Assembly: GCA_964601975.1 (NCBI GenBank)
Contig: CAZRPW010000008.1
Coordinates: 10,979 to 74,978 of the forward strand
DNA from: an uncultured Bacteroides sp.
GTDB taxonomy: Bacteria > Bacteroidota > Bacteroidia > Bacteroidales > GCA-2748055
Length of the DNA stretch: 64,000 nt
Direction of reading: 5' to 3'
The translations under genes were made by a program, and so were the position numbers. The stretch's first letter is position 1. Every line of letters begins with the position of its first letter. The notes below the pieces were generated by a model that was not told the DNA's origin, ran no database searches, and saw nothing but the letters and a program-made list of their open reading frames with translations. Below, piece after piece: positions 46,786-55,346 of the stretch.

Positions 46786-46881
46786 GGTAATTGGTAAATG
46801 GTAAATGGTAAATGGTAAATAGTAAATGGTAAATAGTAAGTGGGTAAGTGGGTAAGTGGGTAAGTGGGTAAGTGGGTAAAA
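46786..46881. repeat. Tandem heptamers GGTAAAT (about 8 units) followed by octamers GGGTAAGT (5 units)
   Basis: Read directly from the sequence. The array abuts the stop codon of the minus-strand MBL gene at 46888. Confidence 0.92.
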
Positions 46882-46887
46882 GGTGGG

Positions 46888-47697
46888 TTAGTGGATGGTG
46901 ATTACCTGGCCGGTGCCACCGGGGATATAGCCTTCGCTAAAGGAATCGGCCAGGAAGTCGATGGATGTATTGCCGGTGCAGTGGGTGGGGCAGATCTGAT
47001 TAACACCAAGCTCTTTTAGGGAAGCAGCAATCATTTCCAATTGCTTCCGGGATTTGCTCATCAGGTGCAAGCCTCCGATGAGAGCATATATCTCGATTCC
47101 CAATTCTTCACGGGCTACTTTCACCATTTCTGTCGGACCCGGATGGCCACATCCCGTAATCAGAATGCCTCCCTTTTCGGTTTTTATAACAAGCCCCTGC
47201 TCCCGAAATGCTTCAAAACTGTCGCCGGTTGAATAGAATGGACCATATAGGTGGGCTGGTTTTTCGATCCCTTCGCTGTTCGGGGGAAGTGTGCCCCTGG
47301 CTTTGAGCTGGGCTGCATAGGCGGATGGAAAGTAGCATTTCACTGATGGATTGGTCTCTGTGATCCAGGGGATTCCAGAGGTGTGATCTCCATGCTCATG
47401 GGAAATGAACAGAGTGGGAACTTCCTTTGGATCGATATTTAGAATTTCCATATTTTTCTGATACAGTTCGCTTTCCCTGCCTGCATCGAATAAAAGTTTT
47501 TGTCCATCAAACTCAACAAGGCAGGCAAAGCCCCAGTCTGTTTTTAAACGCTCATCCACCTGATAATTATCGTAAATGATAGTTACAGATACTACAGTTT
47601 CTGGAGAAGCAGTGCCTTTTTGTGCTGGTTCTCCTGCTGAAATTGCCGACACGGCAATCAAAATGCCCACTCCGGTCAACCCAACAAGTCGTTTCAT
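46888..47697 (-). CDS. Secreted MBL-fold metallo-hydrolase (COG1237-like)
   Basis: SHEHGDH (HxHxDH) motif, VTIIYDN...GFACLVEF...LLFDAG pattern, signal peptide MKRLVGLTGVGILIAVSAISA. Start moved to this Met. Confidence 0.8.
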   Translation of the reverse strand: MKRLVGLTGVGILIAVSAISAGEPAQKGTASPETVVSVTIIYDNYQVDERLKTDWGFACLVEFDGQKLLFDAGRESELYQKNMEILNIDPKEVPTLFISHEHGDHTSGIPWITETNPSVKCYFPSAYAAQLKARGTLPPNSEGIEKPAHLYGPFYSTGDSFEAFREQGLVIKTEKGGILITGCGHPGPTEMVKVAREELGIEIYALIGGLHLMSKSRKQLEMIAASLKELGVNQICPTHCTGNTSIDFLADSFSEGYIPGGTGQVITIH

Positions 47698-47698
47698 A

Positions 47699-48418
47699 TT
47701 AGATGTCCTGTTTGTAGTGAAGGGCACTGAAGACCTGGTTTTTATAATTGCGGCCAATTCTCAGCTTGGCGTTCTCTAGTTCTATGGTAGTGGCGTTGAA
47801 TGCCCTGATCCTTGGGATGGAAACTATGTAGGACTTATGAATCCTGATGAATTGTTCTGAAGGAAGCTTATTTTCAATGCCCTGAAGGCTGCTTTTTACG
47901 ACCACCCTGCGGTTATCGGTATGGATTCGGATATATTCGTTCAAGCCTTCAATAAAGTGAATTTCTCTTAAGTAGATTTTTATGACTTTTTTATTCTCTT
48001 TGACGTAGATGAAGGATGCTTCTGAAGTCCCGTTCCCACCTTCAACTTCTACATTCTCGGAATGCCCCGACAGGAAGTATTTGTTGACTGACTTAAAGAA
48101 CCTTTCGAAAGTGACCGGTTTCATCAGGTAATCCACTACGTCCAGTTCAAACCCATCCAGGGCATACTGGCTAAAAGCGGTGGTAATTATAACTTTGGGG
48201 GGACGTTTGAGTGTTTTAAGAAAGTCAATGCCGGTCATCTGCGGCATTTTTATATCCAGGAACATCAGGTCAATACTGTGATTTCGAAGGGCATCCATGG
48301 CCTTCATGGCGTTATCGCATTCTGCGACAATTTCGAAATTTTCAAGTTTCTGGATATGTCCGCGGATCAGTTCCCGGGCCAGCGGTTCGTCATCGACAAT
48401 GAGGCATTTCGTCTTCAT
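47699..48418 (-). CDS. LytTR-family response regulator
   Basis: Receiver domain (IVDDEP...DLMFLDIKMP) plus a C-terminal LytTR domain (IRIHKSYIV). Its stop codon is 1 nt from the MBL start. Confidence 0.9.
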   Translation of the reverse strand: MKTKCLIVDDEPLARELIRGHIQKLENFEIVAECDNAMKAMDALRNHSIDLMFLDIKMPQMTGIDFLKTLKRPPKVIITTAFSQYALDGFELDVVDYLMKPVTFERFFKSVNKYFLSGHSENVEVEGGNGTSEASFIYVKENKKVIKIYLREIHFIEGLNEYIRIHTDNRRVVVKSSLQGIENKLPSEQFIRIHKSYIVSIPRIRAFNATTIELENAKLRIGRNYKNQVFSALHYKQDI

Positions 48419-48697
48419 GTGTAATATCGTTTTTTCCAGCAGAAGGCTCATAACTCCAGCCGGATTGAGGGTTCATAAATCCAAATACACGAAAACAAGC
48501 CTTACAAATCCTTATGAACATAACAAATTTACCAGCTTTTCTTAAAACATTTCAGTAAAATGCATGTAAAAAGGTGTAAGCTACAGAAAAGTATCAGTGA
48601 AAAGCCTTTACTCGGGTATTTTCCCATTTTGCACTGCGCTTCAGGTTACTCATTGATAAGAAGTGGGTTTAATCTCCTGCAGTGTTAATTTTAATAC

Positions 48698-49759
48698 ATG
48701 ATGAGGTTGTTCACGGATCAGAGATGGGTAAGCAGGATTTTCCGCCATGTAATATTATTCGTGTCAACAGTTCTGATTTTTTCCTGGCTACTCTATTTTA
48801 AGTCAATCAATGGAAATAGTTATTTCCAAAACTTCCTGGTGGTCCTGATCAATGCATTCTTTTTCTTTGCTTATGCCTATCTGAGTGTTTATGTATTTAT
48901 TCCGAAACTCCTGGCGCGGAAAAAGATCGGACTTTTCATCGCTGTATTACTAATAGCCGGGGTAGCAATTTCAGCATTCAAATACCTTGTCTCAGATATG
49001 GCTTTTTACCATGTGATTTCACCGGAGAACGGACTAACTGACGGGTCTGTCAGATTGTCGGATCTGCTTATGAATACAAAGGATATGACCTTCATTGTTG
49101 CCCTTTTTGCAATTGTTAAATATGCGAGAGATCATTATCTGCTTGAATCTAATATCAGGGAACTTCAGCAAAAAGGGCTGGAGGCAGAGATTAAATTGCT
49201 GGAACATCAGATGGATCCCCATGTGATATTTAATAATTTCAACAGTCTTTACTCCATCTCTTTGAACAGGCCGGCGCTTCTGGGAGAGACTGTAAAAAAA
49301 CTTCAGTCTGTGCTGCACTACCTGTTCAGGGAGAGCAAGTTTGGTGAAGTGGAGCTCTCCAGGGAGATAGAAATGATAGAGAACTATATTGGTCTTGAAA
49401 AGTTAAGGTTTGGAGAACGCCTGGAAGTGAAGTTTGAGATGGAAGGTAATCCACAGGGCCTGAAGATTGCCCCGCTTATACTTTACCCCTTTGTTGAAAA
49501 TTGTTTCGTTCATGGTGCTGGTGAGGACCCCGATTGCTCATGGATAAATGTTCGTATGTCTGTCTCCGGAGATAAGCTTTTATTCTGCGCTTCAAATTCT
49601 GTTTCGGGAAGGGGACGTAGTATTTCCGGAAATGGGAAAAGAGGGAATGAAAACAGTGTGAGGCGGCTTGAGATCCAGTATCCAAACAATCACCGGCTTA
49701 CCATTCTGGATCGTGAGGATAAGCATGTAGTGGAGTTGAACATTAGTCTGGCACGATGA
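48698..49759 (+). CDS. Membrane sensor histidine kinase, LytS/YehU type (His_kinase PF06580-like)
   Basis: About 5 TM helices, H-box QMDPHVIFNNFNSL, N-box PFVENCFVHG. Confidence 0.85.
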   Translation: MMRLFTDQRWVSRIFRHVILFVSTVLIFSWLLYFKSINGNSYFQNFLVVLINAFFFFAYAYLSVYVFIPKLLARKKIGLFIAVLLIAGVAISAFKYLVSDMAFYHVISPENGLTDGSVRLSDLLMNTKDMTFIVALFAIVKYARDHYLLESNIRELQQKGLEAEIKLLEHQMDPHVIFNNFNSLYSISLNRPALLGETVKKLQSVLHYLFRESKFGEVELSREIEMIENYIGLEKLRFGERLEVKFEMEGNPQGLKIAPLILYPFVENCFVHGAGEDPDCSWINVRMSVSGDKLLFCASNSVSGRGRSISGNGKRGNENSVRRLEIQYPNNHRLTILDREDKHVVELNISLAR

Positions 49760-50856
49760 AGAAAACAATTTCAAATCTGTATGAAAAAAGGAGCCGAAGA
49801 CATGTTTTGTTCTGGGTTTGCTGGGTGTTTGGATTCACCTTTGTTAAAAGCTTTGGACAGCCTCATGAGGTCTATTTTGGATGGTTCTCCTACTATGTGG
49901 TTACCCTGCCCATATTTATTGCTCATACCTACCTCATTGCATATTTCCTGATTCCACGATATTTCAATAAGAAACTGTGGCCCATATTTATGATTCTTTT
50001 TGTCCTGTTTTTCTATGGGTTTTCAGTGTTGGAGCTGATACTCAGCAATGAGTTCATTTACCCTTGGTACCCCACCGGATCGATGATTACTTACCCCTAT
50101 CTGGATCCGGGAAATGTAGTACGGAGCGGGGTGGGTAATTTATACATTGTCCTGGTATTCCTGGCATCAAGAACTGTGAGGAACTGGCAAATGGCCGACA
50201 GGCAGCAGAAGGAACTGGTACAGTCCGAGCTGAAGCAGCAAATGGAAGATACAATCACAAAGGTACAGCCCATGATGCTGCTTTATGCCATTGATGAGAT
50301 TGATCGCATGGTTGAAAAATCTTCTCCCGATGTTACCAGGGCCATTGCGCTTACATCCGAATTGTTGAGTGAATTGATGATGTACCATGAAGAACGGCAT
50401 CATTGGTTTTCCAGGGAAATAGAGCTGGTCAGAAAGCTTGTGGATCTTGTGTCGCTTCTTAAAGGTGATAAACCTGAGGTAGAGTTTTTTATCTCGGGCG
50501 ATCCAGGGAAAATTGATTTGCCTCCGATGATCCTGTTTTCCCTGGTGGATCTTATATTCAGAAAATTTGAAGATGAGAGCCAGATGCCTGAGTTGAATAT
50601 CGAGGCTTCCGGATTTTCAAATATGATTAGTATACAACTGCTTAGTAACGGAAACAAAGAGTGGAAGAACCGCCTCGATGAGTGTATGCAGACCTTAGCA
50701 AAGCTTGAGAGTCTTTACAAGGACAAAGTTCTAATTTCCTATTCAAAGCATGCTTATGGATGCTCTTTGGTAATTCGAAGCAATACACTACAGGGCATGA
50801 AAGACACTGGCAGTATTAAAGGTGTAGTTGGTATGGAAAAAACCGCAACTGACTGA
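49756..50856 (+). CDS. Degenerate LytS-type kinase paralogue (pseudokinase: the H-box His and N-box Asn are not conserved)
   Basis: Same architecture as the upstream kinase, but its H-box reads KVQPMMLLYAIDEI and its N-box reads FSLVDLIFRKF. ATGA overlap with the upstream kinase. Confidence 0.7.
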   Translation: MKKTISNLYEKRSRRHVLFWVCWVFGFTFVKSFGQPHEVYFGWFSYYVVTLPIFIAHTYLIAYFLIPRYFNKKLWPIFMILFVLFFYGFSVLELILSNEFIYPWYPTGSMITYPYLDPGNVVRSGVGNLYIVLVFLASRTVRNWQMADRQQKELVQSELKQQMEDTITKVQPMMLLYAIDEIDRMVEKSSPDVTRAIALTSELLSELMMYHEERHHWFSREIELVRKLVDLVSLLKGDKPEVEFFISGDPGKIDLPPMILFSLVDLIFRKFEDESQMPELNIEASGFSNMISIQLLSNGNKEWKNRLDECMQTLAKLESLYKDKVLISYSKHAYGCSLVIRSNTLQGMKDTGSIKGVVGMEKTATD

Positions 50857-51196
50857 ATAAGTTTTTATAGCCGGTGAAGGTCATATACTTTTGAATCGAC
50901 TCTATGCACATCAATGATAAACTTGCCGTCAGCAGTCTTACTTCAGAGTTTTAGGTTTAATAAGTAATTTCCCGGACGGCAAGTTTTTCTATTTCCCCCC
51001 TTTCTTAAACTTGCTTCTTATTCCCCAAATTGTTCTTGTTCGAACAGGTTTGTACAGTTCCGGACAGTTTTAACACAGTTATTTACATGGTCAATTTTTA
51101 TATATTCTACATATACAGTGATATACGGCCTTTGGCATGATAAATGAAATATAGAATACATATTGTGATTGTACAGGGACGGTACAAAAAAAGGAG

Positions 51197-51853
51197 ATGA
51201 AAATGATTTTAGATCAATACCTTATTTCGCGGAACGATCAGCAGCAGATGGAAAAGACAAACAATCTGGAATTGTTCAAAAACCTGTTGCAGCCACATTT
51301 CCTGTTCAATTCATTGAACAACCTCTACGCTCTTTCACTCAGACAGTCTGATCAGACTCCGGAAGCAATTGCCGGACTTTCCACACTACTTGAGAAAGTT
51401 GTGAATTATTCCAGGAAGGATCTGATCAGTCTCAGCGAGGAAATTGCTCTTATAGAAAACTACATTGCGCTTGAAAAAATCTGGCTGGGAGATAGCTCTT
51501 TTCTGCTCGACTTCCAGGTTAAAGGAGAGGTCTCCGATGTTTTTATACCACCTCTTGCCATATACACCTTGATTGAAAATGCATTTAAGCATGGAATCAG
51601 GAAGTGCGAAGGGCAGGGATGGATTACCATTCATCTGCTGGTTAAGAAGGATAAGATCCTCCTGAAGGTTCGTAATTCAATTGAAAATTGCCAGAACCCG
51701 AAAGAAGGCGACACTCCCGTTAACACAGGATTGGGAATTGAGGCTGTCAGAAAACTCCTGGATGGTTCCTTTAGAAAATCCTACTACCTGGATGCCCGTC
51801 CAATTGGTAATGTTTATGCGGTTGATCTTATTATAGGGCGCGTTGCTGCATAA
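51197..51853 (+). CDS. Soluble (no TM) LytS-type histidine kinase core
   Basis: LQPHFLFNSLNNLYAL H-box about 30 aa from the N-terminus, TLIENAFKHG N-box, GLGIEAV G-box. Confidence 0.8.
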   Translation: MKMILDQYLISRNDQQQMEKTNNLELFKNLLQPHFLFNSLNNLYALSLRQSDQTPEAIAGLSTLLEKVVNYSRKDLISLSEEIALIENYIALEKIWLGDSSFLLDFQVKGEVSDVFIPPLAIYTLIENAFKHGIRKCEGQGWITIHLLVKKDKILLKVRNSIENCQNPKEGDTPVNTGLGIEAVRKLLDGSFRKSYYLDARPIGNVYAVDLIIGRVAA

Positions 51854-51980
51854 GCACGGTCACAGTCATTGACTGCTTCATTTGATCCGTATAATCTCTT
51901 TTAAGTGCATTTGATTGATCAGTTTTTTAAGTGTGCATCCTTCGCCTTAATTTTACATGTAACTATTAACAGGAATCGCT

Positions 51981-52463
51981 ATGAAAACAAAGGTTGGTAT
52001 TATTCGCAGATTGACGGCAATGGCCGCAGGACTGTTTGTTTTTTCAATGGTTGCTTTCGCAGATGGTGAAACAGCAGAGGTGTTCCTAACCGGGACTTCA
52101 AATTCATCCGCTGGTGATTTTGTGGTGCAGACCACAAATGATGATTTTTATTTTCAGGGGAAGGTATACGAAGTATTCCGGGTATACTATGATGATCCTG
52201 ACATGAATATGAAGATCGCAGTGAATACCACAGACGGCAATTGCAGATCGTTTGTGGCATACAATGGCGAGTTCATGTTTTTCTACCAATGTAATAAACA
52301 CGGATTTGGTGTACGAAAGGTTATGTTTTCGAATCCCTGGGTAAAAGATGATTTTAATGCCCAGCAGTTTCATGATCAGACTGTTCTTTTGAAAGAAAAG
52401 AAGGTCGAGAAAAAAGAAGCAGTTGGACTGATCGCAGCTTATGTTCCACAAATGAAGGGCTAG
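51981..52463 (+). CDS. Small secreted protein, unknown family (paralogue A)
   Basis: Signal peptide ...MVAFA|DGE. 83/160 identical positions to the 52758..53237 product by my manual alignment. Confidence 0.7.
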   Translation: MKTKVGIIRRLTAMAAGLFVFSMVAFADGETAEVFLTGTSNSSAGDFVVQTTNDDFYFQGKVYEVFRVYYDDPDMNMKIAVNTTDGNCRSFVAYNGEFMFFYQCNKHGFGVRKVMFSNPWVKDDFNAQQFHDQTVLLKEKKVEKKEAVGLIAAYVPQMKG

Positions 52464-52757
52464 CCACTTAGACCAATCCATATTCCTGGCGAAAAAATCA
52501 CTCGTAATTCGGGCTGTCTACTTTGGTGGATGGCTCGTTGTGTTATATAACACTCAGTAAATCATTATTTTAAAGATAATTTACATTCATCCGCTTTCGT
52601 ACAAAAGTGTCCATTTTCGGGCGTATTTAACAATTTTTACAAACCGGACAAAAACCTTGTAATAAACAATAAAAGAGGCGATTACAGCTTATGGCACGAC
52701 GATTGTTATATAGTTGGCAGAATGAAACATAAAAAAACAACACAAAACCTTTATATC

Positions 52758-53237
52758 ATGAAAACAAAAGCTAATTTACTTAAGAGAATCGCAGTTGCAA
52801 CCCTTTCGTTGATGTTCGTATCTACTGCACTTTTTGCCGATGGCGAAGCTAATGAGGTTTACCTGAGCGGCACCACAAACACTGCTGCCGGCGATTTTGT
52901 TGTTACCGGAACCGATGATGTATATCATTTTCAGGGTCAGGAATTTGAAGTATTCAATGTATACTATGACAACCCACAGCACAATATGAAGATTGCTGTA
53001 CTTGAAGGTGATAACTGTAAAATCTTCCTGGCATACACAAATGGATACTGGTTCAAGTACAACTGCACCAGGGAGGGATTTGGTGTTCGCAAGGCCATGT
53101 TTACCAGTCCTGCCGTCAGGGATGAATTTAACCATATTGAGTATCGCGATCAGAGCGTCCTGGTTAAGGCCCGCAAAATTGAAAAAGACCAGGCTGTAGG
53201 TTTGATAGCAGCTTATCTTCCTAAATTACAAGGATAA
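52758..53237 (+). CDS. Small secreted protein, unknown family (paralogue B)
   Basis: Signal peptide ...TALFA|DGE. Start set at MKTKANLL by analogy with paralogue A (the listed ORF starts 36 nt earlier). Confidence 0.7.
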   Translation: MKTKANLLKRIAVATLSLMFVSTALFADGEANEVYLSGTTNTAAGDFVVTGTDDVYHFQGQEFEVFNVYYDNPQHNMKIAVLEGDNCKIFLAYTNGYWFKYNCTREGFGVRKAMFTSPAVRDEFNHIEYRDQSVLVKARKIEKDQAVGLIAAYLPKLQG

Positions 53238-53273
53238 ATCCAGGATAAAAGGATCTTTTATTTCCAACTTATT

Positions 53274-53301
53274 AAAAACGTCCGCTTCGGCGGACGTTTT
53301 T
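53274..53301. terminator. Bidirectional intrinsic terminator AAAAACGTCCGC-ttcg-GCGGACGTTTTT
   Basis: Perfect stem with a UUCG loop and flanking A and T runs. Confidence 0.85.
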
Positions 53302-53364
53302 CTATTGTACAAGTGATTCTATTTATTTACTTTTGTCCTGCTTTATCCGCCGAAGGCGGACCAA

Positions 53365-53453
<89 letters not shown>

Positions 53454-53461
53454 AAGACAGT

Positions 53462-53583
53462 ATAAACCCCTTCCGCCATGGCGGAGGGGGTTTATGATTA
53501 GGGGCCCAACATACCAAGCTTGCTTGAGTATGTTGGGCCCCTAATCATAAACCGGAATACGCGAAGCGTATGCCAGGGTTTAT
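53462..53583. repeat. Cluster of three interlocking palindromes, including a perfect 26-bp inverted repeat
   Basis: Hairpin A 53462..53495. IR arms 53489..53514 and 53528..53553 (loop caagcttgcttga). Hairpin C 53547..53583. The arms share ATAAACC/GGTTTAT. Confidence 0.85.
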
Positions 53584-53610
53584 ATGGTCTTGCAGGCCCC
53601 CCCCTTAAGG

Positions 53611-53654
53611 GGATCACGTCAGTAATCCGCCCTTGGCGGATCACGTCAGTAATC
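53611..53654. repeat. 17-bp direct repeat GGATCACGTCAGTAATC x2 (period 27)
   Basis: Copies at 53611..53627 and 53638..53654. The second copy contains the stop codon and last codons of the ASST-like gene. The junction forms the hairpin ATCCGC-ccttg-GCGGAT. Confidence 0.85.
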
Positions 53655-55343
53655 GCCCTTTATAAATGTTGCCTTGATTATATTTCCTGATTGGCCTGTT
53701 CCCAGGATGAAATAGCTGCCGGCGGCAAGTTCAGAAATTGAAATTGTAAGGCTCCCACTACTTCTTTGGCTTATTTCTTTTTGCAAAACCCCGGACATGC
53801 TGTATATCTCCAGCCTGTCAACAGCTTCAGGAAGGTCAATCATTAATGCCAGGTTGGCGGGGTTTGGGAATAGGTCCATTGAAGCAACGCTACATTGGAG
53901 CTCTCGTATAGCGTTGGGTCCTGTAACATCCAGGTTTAATTGAACCTGGCTGCCAACAATGGGCGCAAGGGAATCGCTTCTATATCTGAAGTAAACAGTC
54001 ATACGGCCTTCAAATTGGCCAGTCTTTTCAGGTATACAGAGGACCTTCAACATCCTTTCTTCTCCGGGTGCCAGGACCAGGAAAGCAGTATCAAGGTACT
54101 CCATTTTTGCACCTTCAAAATGAAATCCGGCCTGACGAACTTCCTGGTTTAGTGTATTGTGAAATTCCAACTCAAGAACCAGGCTGTCAACCATCGAAAT
54201 GGCTCCGGGATTGAGGGGCCCTTCATTTTTAATTTCCACGGGTGAGAACCACTCCACAGGATGAACAGCGTAGGAGTAGAATGGATATTCATCCCGGATG
54301 CTCATTTCATGAAGTACATGCGCTCCCCGGTAATGCGTGAAAACAACCTTCCTGCTGTTTTTCCCCCAACCCACCAGGCTTTGTTCTTCCGGAAGCAGGA
54401 TATAGTTTCCCATGATCAGGGAGAATACTTCAGGTGAGTGACTTAGTTCCTTTGTCAGGGTGATGCTTTTTTCTTCCTGGTTGAGAGAGTATACAAGGGC
54501 CCTGGAATTTTTTTCAGTTTTACAGTTGCCATTATCGAAAAGGGATAAAACATCCTTACCATGGAGGTGAACCGAGTGCTGTGCTGAAAATCGGAGTGAA
54601 TCGTTTGTGAAAGTGAACTGGTTTCCGACTCCACCGAGACGCCAGAGTATTCCTCCACTTTCTTTATGGACCTTGATCACCTGGTCCAGATTTCTGCAGG
54701 AAATGATCCAGGTGCTATCGGTATCTGCATGTACCGAGTTTACATGGATATAGTCGATTGATTGCGCCCTTGGATCGACCGAACAGCTCAGGCTATCACC
54801 AATGGGCAGGTGATCCAGGCTTTTCCATTCATAGAGGGGATTCATTTCTGTGTCAAACTCCTGGATTACAGCTCCGCTAACACTTGCATCCGGACTGCCT
54901 TCCCAGATGGTTCCACTCATGTCGATGGTTTTAACTTCTTTACCTAATAGAATCAGGTTTCCGTTTTCCCGTCGTGATATGTGATGAAAATCCACCTCAT
55001 ATTCCCCGCTCATATAAATCGTATCTGCAGGAAGCATTTGCCTGTTAAGGATGAGGAATGCTCTCAACGGCCTTATATACACAGCAAAACTGCTGTCGTC
55101 CAGGGGGGTGAAGTTCTGGATGCCCCCGGAAATATATTGCTGGTATACCGGAATGCCATGATCGTCTGTTATAAATGCATAGGGAGAGGCATCCATGAGG
55201 TAGAATCCCATGTCACTTTCACTTTGAATTGAGTTCAAAAAAGGAAAGACAGGAAAACCGGATTGGGCTGAAAGCCTGGCCGAAGACAGCACCAGGAGCA
55301 GGATGAAGCAGGGAATGTAGGAGTGCGATTTTTCCGAATGCAT
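53646..55343 (-). CDS. Arylsulfotransferase (ASST)-like beta-propeller protein with a T9SS C-terminal sorting domain
   Basis: DYIHVNSV, FSAQHSVHL...LFDNGN motifs. C-terminal ...FPNPANLALMIDL...LEIYSMSGVL...AAGSYFI. Confidence 0.7.
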   Translation of the reverse strand: MHSEKSHSYIPCFILLLVLSSARLSAQSGFPVFPFLNSIQSESDMGFYLMDASPYAFITDDHGIPVYQQYISGGIQNFTPLDDSSFAVYIRPLRAFLILNRQMLPADTIYMSGEYEVDFHHISRRENGNLILLGKEVKTIDMSGTIWEGSPDASVSGAVIQEFDTEMNPLYEWKSLDHLPIGDSLSCSVDPRAQSIDYIHVNSVHADTDSTWIISCRNLDQVIKVHKESGGILWRLGGVGNQFTFTNDSLRFSAQHSVHLHGKDVLSLFDNGNCKTEKNSRALVYSLNQEEKSITLTKELSHSPEVFSLIMGNYILLPEEQSLVGWGKNSRKVVFTHYRGAHVLHEMSIRDEYPFYSYAVHPVEWFSPVEIKNEGPLNPGAISMVDSLVLELEFHNTLNQEVRQAGFHFEGAKMEYLDTAFLVLAPGEERMLKVLCIPEKTGQFEGRMTVYFRYRSDSLAPIVGSQVQLNLDVTGPNAIRELQCSVASMDLFPNPANLALMIDLPEAVDRLEIYSMSGVLQKEISQRSSGSLTISISELAAGSYFILGTGQSGNIIKATFIKGDY

Positions 55344-55346
55344 GCT

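Noticed and set aside
51133-51147. TGGCATGataaATGA upstream of the soluble kinase as a sigma-54 promoter.
   Set aside because: The -12 element is absent (ATGA instead of TTGC). Only the TGGCA part matches.
52692-52706. A sigma-54-like promoter TGGCACGacgaTTGT upstream of secreted paralogue B.
   Set aside because: The spacing is right, but the -12 GC is GT. No enhancer-binding (AAA+ NtrC-type) activator is encoded nearby, since the regulators here are LytTR type. Paralogue A has no comparable motif. The evidence is too weak to call without 5'-end data.
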